A stretch of 64,000 bases of DNA from Chlorokybus atmophyticus (Eukaryota > Plantae > Mesostigma and Chlorokybus algae), in NCBI GenBank assembly GCA_009103225.1, contig RHPI01002615.1, positions 318,328 through 382,327 on the forward strand. The letters run 5' to 3'. Below are positions 22,614 to 36,366 of the stretch, piece after piece. Made by a program: the position numbers and the translations under genes. Within the stretch, counting starts at the first letter, position 1; each line of letters begins with the position of its first letter. The notes under the pieces are model-generated. The model made no database searches and was not told where the DNA came from. It worked only from the letters and a program-made list of their open reading frames with translations.

Positions 22614-25600
22614 ATGGTCTGTGTGGAGCCGTTTGCTGGACACCATGCCAGCGACGCCGGCATGGAGACCAGCTTTGACATGGGAAGGAGCGGCAGTGGC
22701 AGCGGCAGGTCCGGCGAAGCTCGCTCAGGGGTCAGCGTAGCTGCTGCAGCTGCTATCCGTGACTTCCACCGCAGAGGACGCCCACGTGGACAGCAGCACG
22801 CCGGCCCTGCCCGCCGCCGGAGAAGGATAGAGCAGCTGCAAGAGGAGGATGAGGAGCAGGAGGAAGGCGTTGACATCGGCCAGTTCAAGGTGCGTTGCAA
22901 GCAGAGCGGCTTGCATAACATTGCAGCATGCAAGTTTTGTTCACGGCATGCTTGCAAGCACGTTCACCAGACAGCAATTGACGTGTGGCAGGTTTACATG
23001 GCCTGCATTTTCCAGAGCAAGAGGTGAGCTTAAGCTTTAAACTTTTAACATTAGGCTTAACTCAAGCCCAATTAAGTCTGCCTGGTCCCCATGTGCTCCT
23101 GCGCTTGCAGCGTTGGTATGGCTTGTTACGATGTTGACACGGGAGCCTTGCAAGTCACGGAGAGCTGGCAGGACAACGTGCAAGACGACTCTCTTGAGAG
23201 CTTGCAGCTAAGTGAGTGAGTGATATGCTTTGGCAGTACAGCAGCAACTGTCATGCATGTACAAGCATGACGTTGTCAGTAGCAGACAAGACTTGACATT
23301 GACTTCCGAACCACATGGTTAACCGCATGGTCTCTCGGCTTTTATTCAATAAGATTCCCCATGTTGTTGGCAGTGAAAGCCCACGTTCAGCCAAACATGT
23401 GTTACACGACAACCAGCATGGATGAAGCTTTCATCGCGGCGCTTGGCAAGCCAGGTTGGTCCATTACGTGAACCGTCTTGTAAATTGCATGCTTCGAGCA
23501 GTTTTTACGAAACAAACTGTAATAAGCACGTATCTTCCTTGCAGTCAGTGAAGGTGGGGAGCCAGTGCCAGTCAAGCTTGTGAACAACTCTTTGTTTGGC
23601 TATGACCACGCCAAGCACAGGTACAACCTTTTATGAACAAGCACACGGTCGCGTGCACACTGCGCACTTACACAACACACACATATATGCGCGTGCATGT
23701 ACACGCACACGCACACAACACACCGGCGCGCTGGCACGCACAGACACAGACACATATCCATACGCGTGCGCACTTGCACATCAACACCACACACTGACAA
23801 CTGTTGAGACACACGCGCGTGCACACATTGAACATGCACACGCGCGTGTTCCAGCCACAGCATTGGCTCGCTGCTACATTCCAGAGACTTAACAGAAGTG
23901 GGAGTTTGCTGTCTCTGGATTGGAGTTGGCAAGAAAACATACATTTGTGTGTTTTCTTGAAGCACATGGTTGCAAATCTCTGCAATGACAGAGCATCCCA
24001 GAGGTCATGTTCTATGTGTCTCGCAATGAGTAAGGGCTTATTTGCGCACCAATGGCACTCTCAAGTTATACATGGCACTCTCAAGTTATACATGTTCATC
24101 ATGTGGGTTGTCAAGGATATTACCTGACATGGACATACGCAAAACTGACTTCGCAGGCTACAGTTCGTGCGCGTGCGTGGCATGCAAGATGGCCTCAGTG
24201 AGCAGGAGTGGTTACACCAGGTATGCCTTGCGTTCCAAAATGGTTTTCCAGATGTTGCTGTGTTTCAACAGCCAACTGACTTCTTTACAGCTCAACTCTA
24301 TGCTGAACCTCAGCCAAGTGCAGCAAGTGCGCGCAGCAGGCGCGCTGTTATCAATACTGCAAAAGGAGGGGATCATAACTACAGCGATGGATGCAGACTC
24401 CGCCGAGTCAATCTCAGTTGAAAGCATATCAGAGGTTTCGCTGTAAGCACCCTTATGCATAGCGTTTGTATTCTGACAACTAAGCACCAGCTCCAACGGT
24501 GCTTGCAAGCGTGTTTCACGATTATGCCATTTCATCTCATTGCTCTTGTTTGTTTGAGACTCCTGCAAGCATCACACAGCTGTGCCGCAATATAATATTG
24601 CTTGATAATATTGTGACTGCTACGGTCCAGGAAAGACTTCCTGACAGTTGATGCAACGAGTCGCGCTGCGCTGCAGATCTTTCACAAGGACAGGCACCCG
24701 AGCGCCATGGGGATCGGCACCGCCAAGGAAGGGTAAGAGTGTCTACATACCGCCACTGCAGGTCATGATCTACGATTTAGTCGCAACAACACCCTGTTGT
24801 ACAAGCATCATGACATGCGTTAGTCCGATCCGTGTAAACTGTTTGCAAGCCTACAACTTACTACACTGTTACAATGCTGTCATAGGTCATACCATGCATT
24901 TCGTTTACGCCGCTATGCGCAGGTTGTCTGTTTACGGCATGCTTAACAAGGTGAGTTGTTCCGACACACCAGCCAACCCTGCTGGGTGCTATAGAAGCCG
25001 CTCAATGCGCTCTCACTTAGAAGGCCAGTGTTGACATAGCATCACTGTACTGCTCTCCGTGTGCAACTTGTCAGTGTGCAACTCTGGGCGGGCGACGACT
25101 GCTGAGGTGCAGTACAGGTGCAGAGTAAACATTTACCAACTGCAGCACGCTATGGACACACATGAGTTCAACATGCAGGCAATGGTTTCTGCGACCGGTT
25201 GCAGATATTGACCTGATAGAAGACCGCCTGGACACCGTATCCCTCATGTTCAACAGTCATCTGCACATTGACTATTGCATTTGTACGTACGCACATGCCT
25301 ACCGCATGCGTGTTTCCTATTCATAAGGCAGGTAGCCTTTTTGATGAAAGCGCCAGACCTTGTTGAAGCCTTGAAAGACTGTCTCCACCATGTAAGGGAT
25401 GTGCCGCGCATTCTCAACGTAAGCCTACGTAAATATATGCTTCATGCCATACGCTCTCTCTACTGGTTTGCTGCGGTTTGGTCGTGATTGGTTACTCATG
25501 TTGGTGTTTATTGCATGTAGCGCTTCCGCTCAGCAAGCTCTCGCTCCATCGCTAGGGACTGGGCGCAACTCCTGGAGGTACAACCGGTGTTGAAAGTAGA

Positions 25601-28228
25601 GCCGCAGCGCTCTTGTATGCAGACGCGCTTTTGTGTGCAGCGCTTGCTGATTGCTCAGTGTGTAAACAGCTCTTGTGCGCAGACGGTTACACACTTGTTG
25701 CAAACAAGGGAGGTGATAGAAGTTGCATTGACTCACTGCTCGCGACAAAGTCGCCAGGCTGCTGTGCAGCTCAATTTGTTCCAGAAGGCAAGTCACTGTT
25801 GTACTGCATCATGTTCAGCACTCGCCAATTGCTAGCAGGGCCAGGAGCCACGCGCGCGCACACTCACATGTAGACACACTGCCAGGTAGCACGGGACATC
25901 AATGACGACCTGGTCCAAGTGCACGATCTGGTAGGTGATGTCATACAAAGTATGGAATAAGGACAACCTGCTTTGGTCGCAGTGTTATTCATGCGCAGAT
26001 GGATGCAGATCAACGATGTCATTGACTTTGAGCAAGCCGCAGGCGAGGGAGAAGACACCGTGATAGCGTACGGTCTGTGCGAAGAGGTACATTGCAACAC
26101 TGCGACTGAGATGCTGCGTTCAACAAGCTGCGCGCTCGGCACAGCTCTCGCAGTGCCTCTTACATGTACCGTCTGCAGCTTGACGAGCTCAAGCACCTCT
26201 ACGCTGGGCTTCCTGACTTCCTCGGCCAGGTGCTTGGTTTTGTTCAATTTGGTCGTAGACGCACTGAGTACAGCAGCTGTGAGCAGTCTATGGGTGTCGT
26301 TGCAAGTGCAGGTGGCGCAACTTGAGATGGAGCGCCTGCCTTCAAAGCTGCGTCACCATTATCAAAAACAGGGCACCATCATCGCATACATCCCACAAGT
26401 AGGTGAGCAATATATTTTTGGTCCCAGCTTGCTGTGTTAGGTGGACCCGCGAGAAACTTCATAGGGCACAACCTGTACGCATTCAGCAAAAATGATCGAA
26501 GCAATGCAGGCTACACAATGCGGTTTGAGGGCGAGCGCCTTTCGAATGAAGTCCTGGGAATGCTGCCAGACTTCCAGTTTGCGGTATGGGGAGGTGGTAG
26601 CGTTGCAAGTTGATGCCAGCCTTATGACCCATCCGTTCTTCTGTCACAGTTTGAGGGCAACGACGATGAGGGACATGGAGCGTTTTATTACACGAGCAGA
26701 ACACGCGAGCTCGATGATGAGTTTGGGGATATATACCACAAGATATTAGGTAAGCATTGCCATTGATCAGGCCAGCCGTTCTTTGTTCTGAGGTCTCACG
26801 TGTGTTGGTGTGCTCCTGTATGGCAGATATGGAGTCCACTATACTGCGTGACCTGGAGAGCAGAATACTTGAAAGGAGCGACTCGTTGCAGAATGCTGCC
26901 ATGCTGGCTGCAGAGCTCGACTGGTAAGTGCATGCCTTCTTGCACAGCCATCAAGGCTGCTGTATTGCTACAAATACTGTCGCTCCTGTCTTTTGCCCGC
27001 AGTCTTGTTTCATTTGCTGTGGCGGCCAAGGAATACCACTACGCGCGACCTCAGCTAGTGAAAGACAACGTATGCCGCATCAAAGGGGGCAGGTGCTTGA
27101 ACTGTGATATTGATGTTATGGTCAATGAGCGGTGCATATTGAGGAAGACGTTGCGCAGGCACATGCTGCAAGAAATGGTGGTTGACACCTTTGTGCCCAA
27201 TCACACGGACCTCAGTGCCGAAGGTGGACCGCTTTTGTGTCATAGTTCTCAACATGAGGCATGTGTATGTGTGGTCGCGTATGTATATGAACCTGCTGCT
27301 GGGTCTTTCAGGCAGAATTCAAGTCATCACAGGGCCGAATTGCTCCGGCAAGAGTGTGTACGCCAAGCAGGTGCCTGCATATCATGATCAGCACTGGCAG
27401 TCTGCAGTTTGTCCGCACATTTGTCAATTGATAAGTGCCCAGGTTGCATTGATCGTGTTCCTCGCGCACATTGGGAGCTTCGTGCCGGCCGACGAGTGCG
27501 TCATTGGGTTGACAGACCGCATATTCACAAGGATTGCCAGCCAGGAGTCTGCGGTTGTTCCTCAGTCCACTTTCATGGTGGATCTGCACCAGGTGGCGAG
27601 CATGCTGCGGCACGCCACCAGCAGGTCCCTTTGCATAATCGACGAATTCGGGAAGGGCACGCTTGCGTCCAACGGCGTGGGCCTCGTGTGCGGCATGCTC
27701 AAACACCTCGCCGAACGCGAGCCCCTACCCCCCAAGGTGTTGCTTTGCACACACTTCAGCGAAGTGTTGGACCCAAAGTACCTGCCTGTCACGCCGCAGC
27801 TGTCCTTCCGCACGATGAGTGTGGCCGAGCAGGAGGAGGAGCACTCATCCAACACCAGCGTGACCAACACCGTCCCATCCATCGCATTCCTGTTCAAGCT
27901 GGTTCCCGGCTATGTAGCGCCTAGTTTTGGCATCCACTGCGCCCGCCTCGCCCGCCTCCCCGAGGACGTGCTCAAGCGAGCCGCACACGTGCTTCAGCTC
28001 GAGATGAAGGGCAAGCCTGTTGACCGACTATGCAATGCCGACACGCGCCTGCGGGATGAGCTGTACAAGCGGCTCGTGCGCAAGCTCAAGTCATTTGACT
28101 GCCGCAATGGCGACGTGCAAGCCTTCCTCACGGACGTGCTGGAGGCCTCGCCTTCACCCGCACGCACGGCCAGCACGAAGAGTCACGCCAGCCGCAGCAC
28201 ACGCAGCCAGTCCAAGAGTGAAACATAG
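22614..28228 (+). CDS. MSH5: Meiotic MutS homologue 5 (about 20 exons; start codon ambiguous among 22614/22662/22680)
   Basis: Motifs [110 protein letters not shown] and SFGIHCARLA. No mismatch-recognition domain I, as expected for MSH4/5. Confidence 0.93.
24052..24094 (+). repeat. 20-bp exact tandem duplication (atggcactctcaagttatac x2) in an MSH5 intron
   Basis: Read directly from the sequence. Confidence 0.9.
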
Positions 28229-29130
28229 CATGTACACCCACCAATAGCACGAACTTTGCAGATATTGGCGTCATTTTCCAATGTGTGTGGTGCACACGCA
28301 CTCCTTGCACATGTCATACAAATGTGCTTACGTGTGCGCATACATGCACACGCACACCAAGGCGGTTGCAATAACCGCCTTGGTGTGCGTGTTTATACTC
28401 ATATTTGCTTGATTTAGATATATGCACAGCCCTGTTTGGCTTGTTGACTAGCCCAATGTTTGCTCGACCACCAAAGGCGCGTGCATATGGTGCGACCCTG
28501 AGTGAAGTTGTTGTCTGTTGGCAAATTACCTTTGCAACCATCCGTCTACTCGACAGCCAGGCAAATGTGTCCGCAAGATGGTTGCATGCGTATGCACATA
28601 CCACATGCTATGTGTTGCATGCGTGACGTGTGTAACGTGTGGCAATGTGGCAACCGACTGCACATACTCAACTGCTCGCACGCATTTTACGTGTTACTTC
28701 TCCGCATCCGTACATGTGCCTTTGCTGATAGCAGCACTTGTCAATGGTAACCACCTCGCTTTGCAGCGCAAGCAACAAGACACACCATTGCATAGCCATA
28801 GTTTTAAGTAGTGCGCTTGTTGTTATGTTATGTGCTGAGTTGTGCTGACTTTGCTGTGCCATTGCCTTTGCCTTTGTTTCCATGGCTCCTGTAAGGGGGG
28901 CGTTAATCTACCTTGTGCTTAGTGAACATGACTAGGTAGGTTGTTGCTAGTCACACTAGTCAGACTTGTCTCTTTTGCTGGCCTGGCCGGCGGCGGCGGT
29001 GGTGGCGTTATGGTTGTCCTCCTGCTCCGCCCGTAGCACGCTTTAACGCTGCGCCCACATTGGCATCGGCGGCGGTGGCGACGGTGGCGGCGATTGAGAG
29101 GATCGTGCACCTGCTGCCATAGGTGTGGGC

Positions 29131-30630
29131 ATGGGCGTGGGCATGGGCATAGGCGAAGGTATGGTGCTGCCACCTTCGGCGGCCATCTTGCTGTGGGTGC
29201 TGCTGGCGGAGCTGCTGCGGCGGGGCTTGGAAGTCGCTCTTCTCCGGGGTGGCGTAGGAGGGCGAGGGAGAAGCAGCGCAGGCTACAACAGGCTGAGCCC
29301 CGAAGAGCAGGAGCTCACGCAAAGAGTCAGGCAGCTCCGAGCTCAAGCCGCACCGCTTAATACGTAAGTGGTGGTCCAGTTTCAAGTGCTGTAGTTCTGT
29401 GGTGCTGCTTTTGGAGGCAAGAATAACCAGTGTAATGCTGTGGACATGCATTGGACAAGTAGCCATCTGCATGTGTGATGGAGTGAGGGCAGGTTTTTGG
29501 GTCTTTTCTTGAAACGCTGCCTGGAGGAGCCACAGTCTCAAGCCGTCGGCTATAGGCGGAGAAAAATTTTGGTCACAACTGCAGGAGTTAACGAGCTCTT
29601 GCAGTTGTCGTCATAAGCATTCGCATGCTAGTCAAAGTTAAATAGCACAAGGCGATGAAATGTACACAAGCATGCTTGTTGCGGCGTTGCATGTGAGTAG
29701 TTGCACCCGTCAAGCTAGCCGTTGGCATGGTGAAGGCAGCGATGTTGCCTGAAAATGGTCCCTTCTCAAGTGGCAGCAACAATTTTACGAAAGTATTCGT
29801 TCCATTTGGACGCTTGTTGGTTCTGCATGCCTTGTGTGCAACTGTCATGCCAGGCATTGTAGCAGGCTTGCTGCTAGCAGGTTGAATGATCTTTGCATTC
29901 TGTGTTGGCTATGCATGCATCTCTAATCCACCTCATGTTACAGACCGGACACCTTTGCTGCGTTTGCCAAGATCCAGCGCATCATCAACAGTGCGGAGCA
30001 GCAGCTTTCACAACGTAAGTTGACCAGCTGACACCCATATGCTAGGTTCACATTCGTGAGTGCTCGTGCTTGCGTGTGTGCATGTGCACGCATGTGCATG
30101 CATGTGCGTGGTTGTCAAGTAATGTTGGTGTGCATTCTCATCAACACATCTTTGCAGTGCAAGCAATCCGGCAACAGCAGGCAGAGGTCTCACCCTCTCC
30201 GTCCAACCTGCTTGATTGGCGAGAAATAGTCTCGTCAGTGCTGCTCGCAAGTCAGGTGTGCTTTCATAGCTCACACAATCACCTTTGGTCTGGGTGTGCT
30301 CTGGTCAGCACTTGTTCACGTATGCAAATGCGCACATTGCTATGTTTTGCGGTCAAGTACACATTTAGAATGCAATCGAAATGCACTGCTTGGACTCGTT
30401 AACCCTTCCGTGTGCGCTTGCGATTGCAGGTGATCATCTGGTTTGTGATTGTGTTCACGTATTATGGCAAGCCGATTGCCACGGTGCCGCCGAGTTCATT
30501 GCAGCCGCTGGCGCGTCTGCTTGCGTTCCCCCACGGGTTTAGCAAAGGCAGCATCGCCGTGCTCCCATGGCTTGCTCTTAGCGTATACGTGAGCAAGTCC
30601 ATTGCGAGGCGAGTGCTGCCGACATCGTGA
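29131..30630 (+). CDS. GET1: Guided entry of tail-anchored proteins factor 1 (GET1/WRB, CHD5-like domain), 4 exons
   Basis: TM1, then the coiled coil EQELTQRVRQLRAQAAPLNT|PDTFAAFAKIQR, then TM2 with YYGKPIATVP..LQPLARLL and IAVLPWLAL. The layout matches plant GET1. Confidence 0.85.
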
Positions 30631-32707
30631 TACTCACTGGATTCATTACTGGGATATGTTTGTTCATGCGTGTTCAGGATGCAAGGCACAGCTGATTGGC
30701 ATGCGTACGGTTTGCACTGTGCGTAAAGCGTGCTGTTGTCTCGGTCACATCTCACTCTCCACATCAGAGCCCATGGTGACTCTGGAGTCACCGGTGTTTT
30801 TGGCTGAGGATGTCTGTGCGTGTATGGGCTTTCCAGTAGTACTAAAGCACAACTGCACGCACTCTCAAACCAGCAACCGCACAGCATTTACAGCCAGCAT
30901 AGCAACTCTCAATTAAGCACGGGTAGGGGCACTCTAGCTATGTGCATTGTCTATGTGAATGGATGTTGCGGGGACGGGTCAAGGGCAAGAGCAAGAGGGC
31001 AACAGCAGCAAGCTCAAAACAGTCGGACCTGAAGCCACAGCGCCCTTGGTTAGACGCAGTCGCAGCAGGACCACAAGCAGCACAGCAACGACAGCAGCAG
31101 CACGGGGAATGGGCGGGTGGGAGAGGGATGCTGTGCGATGCTGTGCTTGAGAAAATGGCGGGCATGGCTGCTAGCTTGTGGTGTCGGTCTCAGTATGGCG
31201 CCAGTAAGACCTTGCTCTGTGCTGCGTCACTCACGCGCACCAATGACTGCAGGCATTACTCATGTAGTGGTTAGTCGCAAGTGCTTTCAACGGCTAGCAC
31301 AGCATGTCATGACACCGCATAGACTTCGGACGCAGACCCACAGCATACATACATGTGACATGCCATGCATGTGTGACTGACTGGTCATGCATGCCACCAC
31401 CACCATACGTCAACGTTAGTCCAACTACAAGTGCTCACATCAACTGTATGTGCGGGCAGACACCCTGCTCCCCACGCATGCACAAGCACTAGTGTATGAA
31501 GCCAACACTGGAGATGCACTACTGGGGTAACTCTCGCATGAGTTTTGTTTTTGGCATCTTTGCGCATACTATGCATGTCGCATCCTTTGTACGTCTGAAG
31601 CTCACTTTCAACAGCTGCCAACCTAAGCTTCAGGCAATGTGTTCATGTACATGTATGCACATTGTAGGTGCACATTGTAGGAGCTAAAGTGAGGTAACAT
31701 GCTGAAGACATGGTGTAACAACAGCACTCATATGTTGGGATGTCTTATTTGCATAGCATGTCAAATGTCTGCAATCAATTATAAGAGCCGTGCAAAACCA
31801 ATGCTAAGCTCGCCCTCTATCTCAGAACACTGGCATGTCCCAGTGCTGCACACGCACATTTATTCAGACACTTTATTGTGGAATAGCATTGTGATTGCTG
31901 CTAACTGTCTGCTTGAGGCGTATGCATGACTACATGCATATCTCATGCTTAAGACCCCTTGCATGCGGTCTTATCAGCATTCCATCTATTACACTGCTCG
32001 CAAGATCACCCCGTACGTATGGCACTGAACACATGTGTCATACATGTTGCATGACCACTTGCATGTTCTGTGCACATTTGTACCTTGGATTTTTATACAC
32101 AATACTGCATCACATTCCTTCATACACGAAGCCTTCACTGCAGCGCACTGCTCCACAGAGCACCGCGCACACTTGCGTACTATACTCCAGGTGTCCATCA
32201 TGTCACGCAGACAGGTGCGTGTGGTTGGCTATGTGATGTATGGCGTTTAGATGCATGTGGATGACAGTCTCACACTTATCCACTACCTATCTCTGCAGAC
32301 ACCAAGGCAGGACAGAATTTAACTGGCAGACAATCAGTGTAGAAACTAATTCAATCGTGCTGCAACTGCTTATGCCACACAAGGTGATAAGCCTGACTGA
32401 GGCCCCAAAACGTGGGCAAGCACATGTATTGTACACTATTACGAGGCGGTAAACAACCGCAAAAACTAAGTACAACAGTCACTACGCATGTCCAGGCTGC
32501 AGCAGGCAGCTCGCCAAGCCTGCATTCGCCAGACAGGACTCTGAGTATATTCTCTCAAGCAGAAGTCTATCACGGGGCCGCCACAAGCATCTAACAAAAC
32601 TGGTGGCCCCGCGGTGCATTGGACTCACTCCCAATGGATGGTCTGCTTAATCAGTAGCAGCAGATGGTGTTGTACAAGACACCCGCCACAGAGCGCTCCA
32701 AATGGCA

Positions 32708-34730
32708 TTACCGTTCGCACGCTGCTGCGGTGGCGGCATTCAAAGCATTTCGGCGCATCTCATCACCGGGCACAACTGGTACGTGCTCATGCGTGCAGTA
32801 CTGGTCATGTGCGTGTGGCGAGCCATCCCTTGAAGAAGACCCTTCTCCGCTGCTGCTGGGCGTGCTTGGCCCGGGTGTGCTCGGGGTTGGCGGGTGCGCA
32901 CCACCAGAGAGCTCCTCCATGCGGCGTGTCCTCAATGGTGGAAGGTTGGCTGGTGCTGTTGAAGTTGCTTGCTGCTGTTGTTGTTGGGCCCTTGTCTGAT
33001 CAACCTCCATTGCAACAGGACCGTCTGTGCTGGTCAACGGCGTTGCTGTGGTGGCGACCACAGTAGATGACAATCGATGCAGCGGTTGCCCAATTTGCAT
33101 GGCCGCAGCATTTGCCTGATCCGCATCCAACCGCTCCAGCACTTTAGTGTTGTACGAGCCGCAGCCTTGGCACTTGTGGTACATGAAGTGGAACTTGGTA
33201 ATGGACTTCACCTCGCAGTCGCTGCACAGCACCTTGCTGTACTTGTTCCTGAACTCCTTAGGCAGCTTGTCCTTCGCCACAAGCTTGTCAATCTGCTTAA
33301 ACAGCTGGCTCATGTCTGCCAGCGACTTGGAGCAAACGGGGCATATGTAATTGGTCTTGAGGTACTCGTCCAAGCACCTGCAATGGTGACATGTTAACTT
33401 CTAACATACTTGCTGCTAACAGACACACATTGCACAACAGCAACTACTACAAACTCACCGGCCGTGCATGCAGTGGCCGCAGTTAAGGAACATGACAGGG
33501 GACGTTGAGGTAAACATGTATTCATGGCAGATGGGGCAGTTGGACTCCAGGCTACGCTCCACACACTTGTGATTGCGCTTCTGCACGCTCATGCAGGCGT
33601 TGCACTTGTGGCAGTGGAAGTAGTCAATGTCGAGACCCTTGCCAATGCGGCACAGGCGGCAGTGCGGGCAGTGATAGATGTCCTTGGTAGGGTCATCATC
33701 CCAAAACTTGCAGGTATCACAGTAATACTTCGCTAGGCGCCCAGCACTGCAATCCCGGTTTTTGCACTCAGCTCCCGCCGCTTGCACCTCCCCGCAATGC
33801 ATGCAAAGCATCTCTTGTGTCGCGTATCTGTTACACACATAAACCTCAACGTGAGTTGCTTGGACAACTAATGCCAATGCGTACAATAACATCGAGCACA
33901 CTACAACAAATGGACACATGCTACTAAGCGTTCATGTGCTGGCAACACTCTGAGTGTTGCAGCATATCAAGACACTGGCTACATAACCAAACAATTCCAT
34001 ATTTAAAACAACTGAAAAAACTGTCAAGGCACTCAGGTTAGCGAGTTGTCTTGCACAAGCGGCACATGCTGTGAGAGTGATTGCAAGCTGAGTGCAACTA
34101 ATGTATGTAACACAAGGTGCATGCGTCACACTACCCCAATACAATTATCACTATTAGCAACTAACAGCATACACGCACCCACAGCAAACGGTTCATGTTT
34201 CAAAACTCGTTGTGAAGTTTGGATACAACACTTCGCATGATTAAACCAGTGTTGCAGTCACATGACAAGCAAAAGTCACACCTGTCCATGTGGTGGTTTT
34301 CGGCCTCGTCGTGGCAGAAGCGGCAAGTGTAAAACTTGCCACAACAGCTCGCCCTTAGCTTGCACTCTCGGCGGTAGTGGACGCAGCCCATGGCGCCACT
34401 CGTGTGGTACGTGGCGGAGCACTCCTCTCTGCTGGGGACAAGCATAGAAGGCTGCTGCTGCGCTGTGCTGCACAACTGCGCGGGCTCCCCCTGGCTGTGG
34501 CGGTGACTGTGGTCGCAGCTTCCAGCATGACTGTGTGTGCTGTGACCAGCTGCTCCCTGCTGATGTTGACAACTAGCAGCAGCCTCTAACCCGTGCGCAA
34601 GCCTGTACCCCGCAACCATCAGGTCCTGGATCTTCCTGGCCTTCTCCTGCGGCGTCAAACTGGCGTCCAGCTGTATGCTAAAGATCTGAGCACGGAGCTC
34701 CTGCTGCCTCCCAGCCGTCATGGCTGACAT
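32708..34730 (-). CDS. RCHY1: CHY-zinc finger / CTCHY / RING / zinc-ribbon E3 ubiquitin ligase (RCHY1/PIRH2, MIEL1-like)
   Basis: GCVHYRRECKLRASCCGKFYTCRFCHDE, YYCDTCKFWDD, YHCPHCRLCRIGKGL..FHC.KCNAC, CPICHEYMFTS..CGHCMH, CPVCSKS and LCSDC..FHFMYHKCQGCGSYNT. Confidence 0.95.
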
Positions 34731-35463
34731 AGTACTACCGCCCCCTTCCAAGTGTTGAGGGAACTAACAACCAAGCTCAAGTATAAGCTCAAGCTCAGCT
34801 CGTTTGATCCAGTGGTCAAACCCACCCGGTGGACGCTGATGACAAACACAGCAAGAACACGCACAGCGCTTCGCACGTACTGTGCTTCACTTTCCTTGCC
34901 CAGCAATCGGTAGAACTGCTGCTGTACTGGCGCTCCAGCCTTCACCACAACCAGAGTATGCCAAGCAAGCAAGGAAGCTTCCACACCAGCAGCACCCTCG
35001 GCGGCTACGACAACCTCAACCTGAACTGCAACGAGGTCGCAGCTATCACTGGGGTAGGTCAGCAGGTCAGCAGGCAGGTAGCCCGCCCACCACCACTACA
35101 CCCGCAACCCTCTCGCCGCCGCTTTGCCTCACTGCTTCACCCCAGCACACGCTTAGTGTGTCAACATGTGTCCTCGTTGACCGACGGGTGGGCTTAATTA
35201 CAGCCTGAAGCAGCTGTTAAGGAGTGCGACGAGGGGGCATTAAGGTGGATCGAGCGTCGTCGGCGCGTGGACGGAGTTGGCACGCGGCGACCGGTGGCAG
35301 AAACTCCATTCAACTCATGGGGAGATCCGAGCTTTGTTGGTTTTGACTTTCAAATGAAGCGGGATTCCTCGGATGGGAATTCTCAAAGGTTAAAATTCGA
35401 GGAACCCTTTGAATACGTAGTCAAGTTAGCGGACATTAGTAAGCCGCATCTTGTGAGGTTTGT

Positions 35464-35506
35464 GGGTTTCCTGCTTGTTTTGAGGGTTTCCTGCTTGTTT
35501 TGAGGG
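35464..35506 (+). repeat. 20-bp exact tandem duplication (gggtttcctgcttgttttga x2)
   Basis: Read directly from the sequence. Confidence 0.9.
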
Positions 35507-36264
35507 TCCTGAGGGTTGCCTGAGGTGATAATAATAGATTCGCCCACCGCCACCTTTTCCAGCTGCGGCGCCGCAATGCATTGAGCAACTGCGAAGGTGG
35601 TACAACCTGTACCGTAGAGATGTACCTAAATCTGGGTACGCCGTGAAGTTTTAAATTATGTGATAAAGCAATGCAAGCAGGTGATGTACAAACAAGTACC
35701 GAACCTTGACACATGTGTACAACTATATCATAGTACATTTGTACGGTATAGAACCAAGGGCTGACACAGCTGCCCTCGAACCGATTGAGAGACGTCGTCG
35801 GGGTGGCGTTTGATAGCTACTGTCAGCCACGTCAGATTGCGCGGCAGTGCGTGTCTATGTCGATTTTCGTGCGCATGACACGTCACGCGCTGGTCTACGA
35901 GCCACTAATACGTAACCAACTGGTGAGAAAGGGATCTTACCTGTCAGTTGTTAGGTTATGCACGTCAGTGCTTTCAGCCTTACGGCCCCGTTAAAGTAAG
36001 GTTGCGTTACCTTTACAAGTGGTGGCTTGCACTGTTCCGAGGCTCGATTGAGGCGCAATCATCATCCGACTCATGAATCAAGTTCGGATCTGGCGGGTGA
36101 TTCACACACGCCCCGTGCCGGGTGATTCAGGAGGTAAGTAAATGATTGACGCCAACAAACAGCACAATACATTCTAACCCTTGCTACTGAGCAACTCTCT
36201 GCTTCAGCTCAGCTACTTGAAGTTCAATCTCAGCACAACTTGTTTAGTGCATACAGTGCATTTA

Positions 36265-36269
36265 CCCCC

Positions 36270-36364
<95 letters not shown>

Positions 36365-36366
36365 NC
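36265..36366. other. About 100-nt poly-C tract containing the only N in the window; probable assembly join
   Basis: Uninterrupted C from 36271 to 36364 and N at 36365. Base composition shifts to AT-rich immediately afterwards. Confidence 0.75.

Noticed and set aside
36265-36366. Poly-C tract as a biological poly-proline ORF (36181-36399) or giant G4
   Set aside because: It contains the only N in the window and is typical of scaffold joins or poly-G sequencing artefacts.
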